Shown: positions 19,454-31,385, counted from the first letter of the whole stretch. The stretch: 61,927 nt of DNA, filler included, from Actinomycetota bacterium (GCA_046725875.1; 4 parts of 4 records of this genome joined end to end with filler, not necessarily neighbours in it), one strand, 5' to 3'. Numbers and translations: made by a program. The notes: generated by a model not told the origin, from the letters alone.

Positions 19454-20464
19454 ATGCGCCTCATCTTTCACGCAGGTGCTCACAAAACCGGAACAACGAC
19501 CCTTCAGCGTGTGCTGCACACATCTCGCGATCAGCTGCGGGACCAGGGCCTTTACTACCCGGATCCGGCGCCCTGGTTCGGGCGTGGGTTCACGGCGCAC
19601 CATACGGTCGCGCACGCGGCCGCGGAAGGCGGCCGGCAGCTCCGATGCGTTCAGAAGTTCCTCGAGCAGGTGCGGTCGGCTGCCAGACAGGACGAGGTGG
19701 TGATTCTCAGTACCGAAGTACCGTTTCGCCAAGCGCTGAAGGGTACCCCGGGCGGATGGTGGGCCGCTCATTGTGCATACCTGGACCGGCTCGGCGCGGA
19801 GCTCGCCTCCTTCGAAACCAGAATCGTCCTAGTGCTGCGGCAGCGTGACATGTTCATCGAGTCCCTTTACCACGAGCGCGTGTCGCGCGGCTATGGCGAA
19901 TCGTTCACCGAGTTCGTTCGGAAGTCTGGCTCCCGGTGGCTTGACTACGATCGGCACGTCAAGGCGTTCGGCCGGGTCTTCTCGGTGGTTACTACGGCTC
20001 GGTACGCGGACCTGTCGTCACCGGGCCTGGTCCCAGGCTTCTTCGATCTCATCGGATACCAGGCACCGCAGGTCGACGAGCAGGTGTGGGAACGACGCTC
20101 GGCGGATGCCCGGCTCACCCAATGGATGGCCAGGATGAACAGGCTCGATCCGTCCGAGGCGGGGATTGTCAACCGTCGCGAGTTCTCCCGGGATGTGAAG
20201 GCTCGCGACCTCTTCGCCGACTCCGGCCAGGTGACCCTATGGGAGGATCAACGGCTTCGAGCACAACTACTGACGCAGTACCGGGACACTCCTTCCCCCG
20301 ACAACCGTCCTCCAGCGCCGCTCTCACCGACCGACGAGGCCAGGATTAGCGAAGCGTTCAACGAATACCTGGCCGAGCGGCGCCGCACCGATCTCATTCG
20401 CCGGTTGCGATCTCGGCTCCGGCTGTGGGCGAAGCGTGACACACCGAAGGCAAGGCGCCAATAG
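19454..20464 (+). CDS. Sulfotransferase-like P-loop fold protein
   Basis: HAGAHKTGTTTLQ (PAPS-loop-like), ILSTE, LRQRDMFIESLY; GGAGG RBS. Confidence 0.75.
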   Translation: MRLIFHAGAHKTGTTTLQRVLHTSRDQLRDQGLYYPDPAPWFGRGFTAHHTVAHAAAEGGRQLRCVQKFLEQVRSAARQDEVVILSTEVPFRQALKGTPGGWWAAHCAYLDRLGAELASFETRIVLVLRQRDMFIESLYHERVSRGYGESFTEFVRKSGSRWLDYDRHVKAFGRVFSVVTTARYADLSSPGLVPGFFDLIGYQAPQVDEQVWERRSADARLTQWMARMNRLDPSEAGIVNRREFSRDVKARDLFADSGQVTLWEDQRLRAQLLTQYRDTPSPDNRPPAPLSPTDEARISEAFNEYLAERRRTDLIRRLRSRLRLWAKRDTPKARRQ

Positions 20465-20638
20465 AGGTGATCGCTTGCACAGCGTCAAATGCCCACGGAT
20501 ATCCTCGCGGCCGCGCTGCGCTTCCTCGGCCGAGACGCCGTAGCCGATGATCCGGGCGCCCTCCGCACCGCGCTGAAGGATCTCGTGGAAGCCGGAGGCG
20601 AGGATGTTCAACCTGCAGTTCGCCCATCCTCGCCGCGG

Positions 20639-20793
20639 CCTGATCGTTGGTCGCTCATGCTGGGCCAGGTTGCCGTCCACAGCTTCATCCTGGTGCTGAT
20701 CAGCCGCGTAGGCCCTGATGTTCTTCTATGACCCGTCGACGGCGCGGGTCGTCTACAACGGCTCCGACGTTCCCGCTCCAGGGCGTGGAAATA
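20639..20793 (+). pseudogene. qcrB: Frameshifted fragment of cytochrome bc1 cytochrome b (QcrB N-terminus)
   Basis: Across three frames: PDRWSLMLGQVAVHSFILVLIS / LMFFYDPSTARVVYNGS / PLQGVEI, matching the QcrB PDHWSF.LGE.ALYSF...FFDPS...VYNGSY.PL.GVE block. Confidence 0.75.
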
Positions 20794-20927
20794 AAGAATC
20801 GGACCGACTGTTCGATCTGACCCGCTTCGCCGGAGCAGTGCCGGGCCGCTTTTGGATGGGGCCACCGGGCGAGGGCCAGACCAAATACGCTCGCGCCGGC
20901 AAGCAGGTGACGCCCAGACTCGATGGT

Positions 20928-21551
20928 ATGTCGTCGCTCTTGGTCGGATTGGGGCTGGGCGCTTTCGTCGCCGCGCAGCCCGGGCCGGTGACGTTGTTGC
21001 TCGTGAGGACCGTCGCCCGATCCCGGCGCGCCGCCGCAGCTGCGCTTGCGTCGGCCGTCGCCATCGTGGATCTCGGCTATGCGGGGCTGGGCGCGGCTGG
21101 CGCAGCTCCGCTGGTCCAAGTCTCCGGCGTACGTCTCATCCTCGGGCTGACAGGTGCTGCGGTACTAGTCGGTATCGGCGCCCGCACAATATGGAGCGCC
21201 TGGCGCTACCGCTCGGGGTTGGAGGTACCCGCCGAGGTAGCGACGCCGCGTCGGGCGTTCCTGACCGGCTTCGCGGCCACCGCGTCCAACCCGCTCACGA
21301 TCGCGTCCTGGGCGTCGATCTTCGCGGCAGCGAGCATCGCTGGTGCCGCCTCAACGCCCGGCGGGGCCGCGGCTCTGATCGCCGGTGTCGGGATCGGAAG
21401 CCTCGCCTGGGGATTGACGCTCACCGCCGGTGCCGGCGTGCTGGTTCGCCGGATCGGTGGGCGCTGGGTCCAGTGGCTTGACGCGGTATCCGGCGCCGGC
21501 TTGGTTGGCTTCGGCGGGTTGCTCGGGTGGCGCTCTACTGATGTGTCATAG
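20928..21551 (+). CDS. LysE family exporter
   Basis: AAQPGPV, VDLGYA, GFAATASNPLTIASW; about 6 TM. Confidence 0.92.
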   Translation: MSSLLVGLGLGAFVAAQPGPVTLLLVRTVARSRRAAAAALASAVAIVDLGYAGLGAAGAAPLVQVSGVRLILGLTGAAVLVGIGARTIWSAWRYRSGLEVPAEVATPRRAFLTGFAATASNPLTIASWASIFAAASIAGAASTPGGAAALIAGVGIGSLAWGLTLTAGAGVLVRRIGGRWVQWLDAVSGAGLVGFGGLLGWRSTDVS

Positions 21552-21641
21552 GTGTCTTGCGCCCCCCGGTGTCCTGAAGCTGGCCCGAACAAGTCGCCCT
21601 CCCGACTGACTCGACGTTGGTCTCGGTCCACGGGTCCGACC

Positions 21642-21841
21642 GTGCAGGGCGAGTGGCCGGCCGAGGAGGTGATGCGGTCGTGGACCCTAGTGGATGAGGA
21701 CTGGCGGCTGGTTAGCAACGACCCGGCTCGGCTTCGCGCTGCTGTTGACGTTCTTCGAGATCGAAGCTGGTTCCCCCAAAATGCTGAGAGCTGCCGTGGG
21801 CGGAAATCGCGTACGTGGCCGAGCAGGTCAAGGTCGACCCA
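21642..21841 (+). mobile_element. Degenerate Tn3-family transposase N-terminal (DUF4158) relic
   Basis: Frameshifted EWPAEEVMRSWTLVDEDWRLVSN / TRLGFALLLTFFEIE / YVAEQVKVDP. Confidence 0.75.
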
Positions 21842-22189
21842 GCGGCACGCTGCCCGGTCAGGTGCTGCAGCTGGGGCTGGAGCTGTACGGCAGCAGCGCC
21901 GGCAGCGTCCCACTCGAGCGCATCACGCGGTGATCGTCAGTGGGACCGGCATGCCTCCCTGCAACTCGAGGACCGCCCGCTCGCTCAGCGGTTGGACCAG
22001 ACCGCCGGTGGTGGTCCGCCGGGCGCCGACGTGGTGCACGTCTTCGGCAGCGTGCGGGCGCGCAATCATGACGACAACGGCACTGGTCGACTCGACGGCA
22101 TCCACGCGGTAATCAGTGCCGGAACGGCTGGCTTCGCGAGCCTGAGGGCGCCGATGAAGGCGACGGTCAGCTGCGTGTATGTGTGGTAA

Positions 22190-22255
22190 TTCCATTACCT
22201 GTATCCGGAGCGGCTTCGGCACCTGGCCGACCGCTGGCTTAAGGAGTCCGAATGA
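22190..22255 (+). pseudogene. C-terminal relic of ArsR-type regulator coupled to the VOC gene
   Basis: FHYLYPERLRHLADRWLKESE*, stop overlaps the VOC ATG (ATGA); in-frame TAA immediately upstream. Confidence 0.55.
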
Positions 22256-22641
22256 GGATCACCATCACCAGCGTGCTGGTCGACGACCAAGAAAAGGCGC
22301 TGCGCTTCTACACGGACGTGCTCGGCTTCGTGAAGAAGACCGACATAGACATGGGCGAAGCCAGATGGCTGACCGTAGTGTCACCGGATGACACGGAAGG
22401 CACCGAACTACTCCTGGAGCCGGACAGCCACCCCGCCGCAAGACCCTTCAAGCGAGCGCTGGTCGAGGACGGCATCCCGTTCACGTCGTTCGGCGTGGAC
22501 GACGTGCGCCAGGAATTCAAGCGGTTGCGGGACCTCGGCGTGCGTTTCACCCAAGAACCTCTCGAAACCGGACCAGTTACCACAGCGGTCCTCGACGACA
22601 CATGCGGCAATCTGATCCAGATCGCGCAACGCACCGGCTGA
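22252..22641 (+). CDS. VOC/glyoxalase family protein
   Basis: VDDQEKALRFYTDVLGF, ELLLEP, DDTCGNLIQI; AAGGAG RBS. Confidence 0.95.
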   Translation: MRITITSVLVDDQEKALRFYTDVLGFVKKTDIDMGEARWLTVVSPDDTEGTELLLEPDSHPAARPFKRALVEDGIPFTSFGVDDVRQEFKRLRDLGVRFTQEPLETGPVTTAVLDDTCGNLIQIAQRTG

Positions 22642-22935
22642 CCTGCCCAAGCCTCGGCTCGGCAACGCCAACATCACAGGCTGCCAACGGATCGGGTCGT
22701 TTCGCCACGGCGGCGCGATGTCATCGTGAGTTATCAAGGCCCGGAGCATTGCTACTGGACTGACGTCACGTTCCTGAAAATCCGCGGCCAGCAATATTTG
22801 AGGCGGCCGACACCGGATCTAGTGGTCCCGCAATGGCTGAGGGCGAGGTGCCGGGCGCGCGGCCCCGTGTCTTGTGGATGCTGAGCGGCGTGGGGCGTCC
22901 CGAATGAGCGCGTACGAACCGGGCAGGCTGCCGCC

Positions 22936-23856
22936 GTGGAGGCTTTTCCGATCCCAGGTACGTCGCGCCCGATCGTGGCGGTGCCTGCTCCGGCGCCCGG
23001 CTTCGGTCATTGGGCGGGCTCACCGAGCGCGCTCCTGGATAACCACGGCGGCTTCGTTGTCGCGTACCGAGTCCGCCTCGTAGAGGAGCGGGTCGCGACG
23101 ATCAATGTGGCTCGGTCGACCGATGGCGAGCATCTAACGACCGTCGCCACGCTGGACAAAGACCGGTTCGGCGCCGAGTCACTGGAACGGCCGGCGCTTG
23201 CCCGGACCGAAGGCGGCGGCTGGCGGCTCTACGTCTGCTGTGCCACGCCGAGCACCAAGCACTGGTGGATCGACGTACTTGATGCGCCCGATCCCGCTGG
23301 GCTCGAGTACGCCAAGGCCCGCACGGTCTTCCCCGGCGACGAGCACACGGGGGTCAAGGACCCGGTTGTCCGGCGTACCGAGACCGGCTGGCAGGCCTGG
23401 ATCTGCTGCCACCCGCTCGACGAAGCGGGCGAGGAAGACCGGATGAGCACGGCGTACGCGACCAGCGACGACGGCATCGAATGGACCTGGCATGGCACCG
23501 TGCTGACCGGCCGGCCCGGCGAGTGGGACGCTCGCGGTGCTCGAGTAACTGTGGTGCTTCAAGATGGCCGGGCTGCATACGACGGGCGGGCCACGAAGGA
23601 GGAGAACTTCTCCGAGCGCACCGGTCTTGCCCGGCAAGCTGCAGCGGGAACCCGGCTGGAGGTGATTGGCGACGGACCTGTCTCCGACGCCCGGTACCTG
23701 GAGGTCGTGGAGTTGCCCGATCCCGATGGCGGGTACCGCCTCTACTACGAGGCCGCACTGGCCGATGGAAGCCATGAGCTGCGAACCGAGGTTGTCGAAA
23801 GCGCGGCGGACCCAAAGAAAGGGGCGAAGACACAAGGCAACATGCGATGTGTTTGA
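22936..23856 (+). CDS. Hypothetical protein, probable beta-propeller glycoside hydrolase-like fold
   Basis: Blade-like motifs SLERPAL, WRLYV, VKDPVV, YATSDDGIEW, YRLYYE. Confidence 0.65.
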   Translation: MEAFPIPGTSRPIVAVPAPAPGFGHWAGSPSALLDNHGGFVVAYRVRLVEERVATINVARSTDGEHLTTVATLDKDRFGAESLERPALARTEGGGWRLYVCCATPSTKHWWIDVLDAPDPAGLEYAKARTVFPGDEHTGVKDPVVRRTETGWQAWICCHPLDEAGEEDRMSTAYATSDDGIEWTWHGTVLTGRPGEWDARGARVTVVLQDGRAAYDGRATKEENFSERTGLARQAAAGTRLEVIGDGPVSDARYLEVVELPDPDGGYRLYYEAALADGSHELRTEVVESAADPKKGAKTQGNMRCV

Positions 23857-23945
23857 GCCTGGATCATTGGGGGACTTGAGCTGCCTTGCGCCCACCCCAA
23901 GCCGGCCGAAACCGACGACGCCCAAAAGGACTGCCGGATACAGCC

Positions 23946-24644
23946 GTGAGAAGCCACGACCCCCCGACGCCGCCGCCGGAACCACCCAGTTCGGGCGAGG
24001 ACACTGAAGTTCTGCCACTTGGACCAGCCGGCCAGGACGAAGAGACACCGGTACCGCCGCCGACACGTGCAGACTCGGCGCAGGACACCCGGGTCCTCCC
24101 GCCCCTGCCGGTCGGCCCAGGAATCCCAGCCACTCCGCACAAGGACGAGACACAGGTATTCGCCGACGACACCGGACGGCGAACCCAATGGACGCGCCGA
24201 CTGGGGATCGGCCTCGCGGCCGTCGCGAGCGGTTATCTGCTGATGTTCATTGTGAGCCTGCTCGGTGGCCCGACCGCGCCTGCGGTTCCCACACCCGATC
24301 ACGAACCGCCGCCGTCGGCGCCGGCGGGCCCCACCTCGGTGAACTCACCGACGATGGGGCCGACCAGCTCGGCACCGCAGGATTCACCGACCGGTGGCGC
24401 TACCGCCGGCACTGGCACAACCACCAGCTCGCCCCCGCAAACATCCCCGAGCGGCACTCAGACGTCAGCGACGTCCGGGACGACGTCATCTTCGCCCACA
24501 TCGCCCAGTCCAACATCGTCCAGCCCAACACAGTCGCCAACCGGGACGACCAGCTCCCCCACGAGCACGACGACCTCCGACACATCGTCGCCGGCCGCCT
24601 CGCCTGTGGAAACAGCGCGGCCTTCCGTGGAGCCATCGGATTGA
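23946..24644 (+). CDS. Single-TM protein with Pro/Ser/Thr-rich tail
   Basis: VFADDTGRR before a TM helix, long low-complexity C-terminus; start uncertain. Confidence 0.65.
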   Translation: MRSHDPPTPPPEPPSSGEDTEVLPLGPAGQDEETPVPPPTRADSAQDTRVLPPLPVGPGIPATPHKDETQVFADDTGRRTQWTRRLGIGLAAVASGYLLMFIVSLLGGPTAPAVPTPDHEPPPSAPAGPTSVNSPTMGPTSSAPQDSPTGGATAGTGTTTSSPPQTSPSGTQTSATSGTTSSSPTSPSPTSSSPTQSPTGTTSSPTSTTTSDTSSPAASPVETARPSVEPSD

Positions 24645-24708
24645 TGCCTGAATTACCGCGTAGCGCTCAGACGGTACAGCCGGTTGAACTCCGAAGAGGG
24701 GAACGACC

Positions 24709-24826
24709 CGCTGGTGCTATGGCACCTTGCCGGCGATGTGCCAGCATCGACGGGCGTTGTTCGGACGCGGCGGCGCCGGGCGACTGGGGCCTGGTCTACC
24801 TGACGCTGTTCCAGGTCGTGCTGCCG
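24709..24826 (+). pseudogene. Relic of a processive GT2 (PgaC/IcaA-like) glycosyltransferase
   Basis: RWCYGTLPAMCQHRRALFGRGGAGRLG / GLVYLTLFQVVLP, the segment after the QxxRW motif, with a frameshift. Confidence 0.65.
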
Positions 24827-24908
24827 CGCACCGTCCGGGTCCCGGACCCGGGCCCCGCCCGGGCCGACCCGCCGGCCCGCTGACCTCGGCCTCGTCATGA
24901 CGCTGAGA

Positions 24909-25709
24909 TCAGAGCCGACCGCCGGCGGTGTCGGAGGACAGGCGCTGGGCCAGCCAGACAGGTATGACCGACAGCAGGATGAGCGCCGCCGCGACGGCGT
25001 TAACGATCGGCGCCTGGTTCGGCCGGAAGAGGTTGGAGAGGATCCAGATGGGCAGCGTTTGGGTCCCCGGCCCGGCGGTGAATGTCGTCACGATGACCTC
25101 GTCGAAGGACAAGGCGAAGGCGAGCAGGCCGCCGGCCAGCAACGCCGAGCGGAGTAGCGGAAAGGTTACGAATCGGAACGTCTGCCACATGCCTGCACCA
25201 AGGTCGGCGGACGCCTCGACCAGGTTTCCCGAGGTCCGCCGCAACCTGGCTAGGACGTTGTTGTAGACCACGACGATGCAGAAGGTCGCGTGGCCCACGA
25301 TCACGGTGAACAGCCCGAAGTCGATTCCGAGAACCTGGAATGCGTTGTTCAGCGCGATGCCGGTCACAATGCCTGGAAGTGCGATCGGCAGAACTACCAG
25401 CAGCGAGATTGTCTCCCGGCCGAAGAACCGGAACCGGTCCACGGCAAAGGCCACCATCGTGCCCAACACGAGCGCGATCGACGTGGCGCCCAGGCCCGCT
25501 TTGACGCTGGTCACGAGAGCGTCCATGGCTCCCTCGTTGCCGACCGCGCGGCTCCACCACTCGGTGGTGAATCCCGGGGGCGGCCAGCCGAAGGTCCGAT
25601 CGGAGTTGAAGGAGTTGACCACCACGACGATCAACGGGACATAGATAGCCGCGAGGCCCACGGCGGTGAGGACACCGAGGACGACTTTGGCCGAACGGGA
25701 CAGGGTCAC
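24909..25709 (-). CDS. ABC transporter permease (PotC-like)
   Basis: LPIALPGIVTG, EASADLGA (EAA loop), FALSFDEV. Confidence 0.92.
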   Translation of the reverse strand: MTLSRSAKVVLGVLTAVGLAAIYVPLIVVVVNSFNSDRTFGWPPPGFTTEWWSRAVGNEGAMDALVTSVKAGLGATSIALVLGTMVAFAVDRFRFFGRETISLLVVLPIALPGIVTGIALNNAFQVLGIDFGLFTVIVGHATFCIVVVYNNVLARLRRTSGNLVEASADLGAGMWQTFRFVTFPLLRSALLAGGLLAFALSFDEVIVTTFTAGPGTQTLPIWILSNLFRPNQAPIVNAVAAALILLSVIPVWLAQRLSSDTAGGRL

Positions 25710-26339
25710 AGGTTGTCCAGAGCTCCACTACGGAGAACCAACATCAGGTAGATGAGCATCACGACGACGGGCACCGTGGCGACGGCAGCGGCGAAGGGCA
25801 GATCCAGCACGATGTTGGTCTGGACGACATTGCCGATCAGTTGAACCCGGCCGCCGACGATCTGGGCGGTGATGTAATCGCCGAGGCTCAACGAGAACGT
25901 GAAGATCGAGCCGGCGACGATGGCAGGGAACACGAGCGGCAGCATCACCGACCGGAACGTCCGCAGCGGCCGGGCCCCGAGGTCACCGGACGGCTCGAGA
26001 TACGAGTTCGGCAACCGGTCGAAACCCGCATAGATCGGCAGGATCATGTACGGGAGACAGAGGTAGGTCAACACGATCACGATGGCCGCCAGACCCAACC
26101 GGGGCTGGACAGTCCGAGCGGCGTCAGCACCGAATCAAGTACGCCGTCGTTTTGCAGCATCGCTCGCCAGGCGTAGACCTTGACCAGGTAGGACGCCCAA
26201 GCGGGGTTAGGACGGCCACGACCAAAACACCACGCCACCGCGGACGGACGACGCGAGACATGAAGAAGGCCATCGGTAGGGCGATTGCCGCACAGAGCAA
26301 GGTGACGAGACTCGCGACCACGATGCTGCGCAGTCCCGG
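25706..26339 (-). pseudogene. ABC permease (PotB-like), cut by contig end and frameshifted near 26199
   Basis: ...VAVLTPL then shift to WASYLVKVYAWRAMLQ...LPYMILPIY...FSLSLGDY. Confidence 0.8.
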
Positions 26340-26439
26340 NNNNNNNNNNNNNNNNNNNNNNNNNNNNNNNNNNNNNNNNNNNNTTAATTAATTAANNNNN
26401 NNNNNNNNNNNNNNNNNNNNNNNNNNNNNNNNNNNNNNN
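26340..26439. other. Artificial contig linker
   Basis: N44-TTAATTAATTAA-N44, stops in all frames. Confidence 0.99.
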
Positions 26440-27357
26440 GGCCGCGGCCGCGCCCGACCGTGCCCACTCGCGCTGCCGTCGTGCTTGCGCAACCAAATGC
26501 GCACGCCGGTTCTCGTACGCTTCGTAATCCTCACTCGCCCGCCGCCGCGCCAGCGCACGCTCTTCTTCGTACGCCGTCCAGCCACCGCCGAAGACCCGAA
26601 CCTCATGGCTGAACTCGTCGATTTCCGCGATGTCCGTCACCACGCGGTCGAGGAAAGCACGGTCGTGGGAGACCACGACGAGCCCGCTTGCCGGCTGCAT
26701 GAGATGACGTTCGAGCACCTCGACGCCGTCGAGGTCGAGATCATTCGTCGGTTCGTCGAGAAGGAGCACGTCGAACCGGGCCAGTAGTACTGACGCCACG
26801 GCAAGCCGGGCAAGCTGTCCGCCGGACAGGGCCGTCGTGTGGAGGCCGAGGACGGCCTCGACCAGGCCCACCTGGTCAAAGGCCGCCGAAATGCGGGCAT
26901 CCAGATCCGGCCCGCCGAGCGCGAGGTACCGATCGAGTGCGCGAGCGTACGCCTCCTCCGCGCGGCGCTCGGCAGCCGTGCCGGCCCGGTTCTGCCGGCC
27001 GACGAACCGTGTCGCGCATTCGGTCGCCTTGCCCAGGCCGGCCGCCGCATCGCCGAGCTCGTCCTCGGCGGCCGCGACGCCAGTGCGCCGTCGCAGGTAG
27101 TCCAACGCCGTCTCGGCCGGCCGACGGTCCCGCTCCTGTGGGAGGACACCAACGGTCGCCGTGGCCGGGCGTCTCTCGACCGTTCCTTGATCGTGCAGCA
27201 CCTCGCCCGCCAGCACTCTAAGCAGCGTTGTCTTGCCCACACCGTTGGGCCCGACCACCGCAAGGCGGGTCTCCGGTGTAACGGTCAGGTCGACCCGGTT
27301 GAGGATGGTTCGTTCGGCGGCGCTGACCGTGATGCGCTTGAGAATGATCGAAGACAT
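26440..27357 (-). CDS. ABC-F family ATPase (N-terminal part, cut by gap)
   Basis: GPNGVGKTT, LSGGQ, LLLDEPTNDLD, VVSHDRAFL, then helical inter-ABC linker; no TM. Confidence 0.9.
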
Positions 27358-27623
27358 GAGGCGTCCCTCGTGACCTGGACCGGGCAGGCTGAACGCCCGT
27401 TACCGGCCCACCGGACGGAATCACGGGAAGGGCTCGCGGGCACGAGCCCCATGGTCAGCGCCTCATTGTCACCTCGTCCCGCGACGGCGCCCTCGCTGGT
27501 GCGACGCCACCTATCACGACTATGCCCCAACAGGGCCCCGTCCGCTAACCAGGTATCCACCGCCGGCGGGCGAGTCGTTATCGCGATGTACGCGGGCGAC
27601 CCGCCGGTCGTACTCTGCCGGGC

Positions 27624-28676
27624 ATGACACCGCCTCAGCAGGTGTATCCACCCAAGCCCTTCCGTGGCGACCGGATCGCAGTGCTCTCGCCATCTGCCGG
27701 GCTGCCCGAGCTGTTCCCACTCCCCTACGAACTCGGCCTGCAACGGCTGCGGGAGGAGTTCGGTCTCGAGCCGGTCGAGTACCCAACGACTCGGAAGATG
27801 GGGACGACTCCCCGGCAGCGCGCCGACGACCTGCACGCCGCCTTCGCCGATCCGGACATTCGGGCAGTTATCGCAAGCATCGGCGGGGACGATCAGATCA
27901 CCGTGCTGCGCCTGCTCGACCGCGAGCTGATCCGGGCGAATCCCAAGCCCTTCTTCGGGTACAGCGACAACACCAACCTGCACCTATACCTCTGGAACAC
28001 CGGGATCGTCTCCTACCACGGCGGCAGCGTGATGGTGGAGCTGGGCCGGCCGGGTGGGATGGCGCCGCTCACTGCAGACTCGTTGCGAGCGGCGATGTTC
28101 GCTGCCGGCCCGTACGATCTCCGCGCGGCCGAGCGGTTCCGAACGGTCGACCGGACGTGGCAGGACCCCACCACCTTCGACGCGGAACCGGAGACCGAGC
28201 CGGGTGAGGGTTGGGTCTGGCACCAGCCCGAGCAAGTGGTCGAGGGTCGCTCGTGGGGCGGCAACCTTGAGATCATTTCTTGGCAGCTGATGGCCGACCG
28301 GGAGATCGCGCCGGACGAGTCCGCGTATGACGGGTGCGTGCTGTTCGTGGAGACCTCCGAGGAGCTGCCCAGCGCCACGGAGGTGTTCCGCATCCTGCGC
28401 AATATGGGTGAGCGCGGGCTGCTCAGCCGCTTCGCCGCGCTACTTGTCGGACGGCCCAAGACGTGGTCCTTCGAGCACCCAAACGAGCCTCCGGAGCGAG
28501 CGCTTTACGCCCGGGAGCAACGAGAGGCCGTCCTGCGGGCGGTGGAGGCGTACGCCCCCAGCATGATGGCCGTCTTCGATGTGGATTTCGGCCACACCGA
28601 TCCTCAACTTGTGATCCCCAGCGGCGGCATGGTCAGCGTCGACGGCCCGCAGCGCCGCATAACAGTGACGTACTAG
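27624..28676 (+). CDS. S66 family LD-carboxypeptidase (MccF-like)
   Basis: IAVLSPS, SIGGDD, GYSDNT, GGNLE, FVETSEE, DFGHTDPQ; leaderless TACTCT-N7-ATG. Confidence 0.93.
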   Translation: MTPPQQVYPPKPFRGDRIAVLSPSAGLPELFPLPYELGLQRLREEFGLEPVEYPTTRKMGTTPRQRADDLHAAFADPDIRAVIASIGGDDQITVLRLLDRELIRANPKPFFGYSDNTNLHLYLWNTGIVSYHGGSVMVELGRPGGMAPLTADSLRAAMFAAGPYDLRAAERFRTVDRTWQDPTTFDAEPETEPGEGWVWHQPEQVVEGRSWGGNLEIISWQLMADREIAPDESAYDGCVLFVETSEELPSATEVFRILRNMGERGLLSRFAALLVGRPKTWSFEHPNEPPERALYAREQREAVLRAVEAYAPSMMAVFDVDFGHTDPQLVIPSGGMVSVDGPQRRITVTY

Positions 28677-28701
28677 CTGGGCCGCCGGCCCTTGATCGTT
28701 G

Positions 28702-28747
28702 AAAGGTGGATCGAAGTGTCCGTCGCGGGACACTTCGATCCACCTTT
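28702..28747. terminator. Perfect 20-bp inverted repeat between convergent genes; probable bidirectional terminator or REP-like hairpin
   Basis: AAAGGTGGATCGAAGTGTCC-6nt-GGACACTTCGATCCACCTTT. Confidence 0.75.
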
Positions 28748-28780
28748 GGGCGATCACTCCGTCTGGAGCTTTATGCCTGA

Positions 28781-31379
<2,599 letters not shown>

Positions 31380-31385
31380 CGATCC

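Noticed and set aside
20718..20927. N-terminal extension of LysE as a novel fusion
   Set aside because: It is partly the qcrB relic falling in frame by chance; LysE begins at 20928.
24300..24640. Ser/Thr/Pro-rich quasi-repeats
   Set aside because: Ordinary low-complexity protein tail with no exact DNA repeat unit.
13046..26339. Prophage or integrative element at tRNA-Phe
   Set aside because: No integrase, structural, conjugation or att-repeat evidence noticed; the contig ends before any boundary.
26340..26439. TTAATTAATTAA inside N runs (also at 48566 and 55334)
   Set aside because: Identical 100-nt artificial linker with stops in all frames; not biological, and genes across it are not neighbours.
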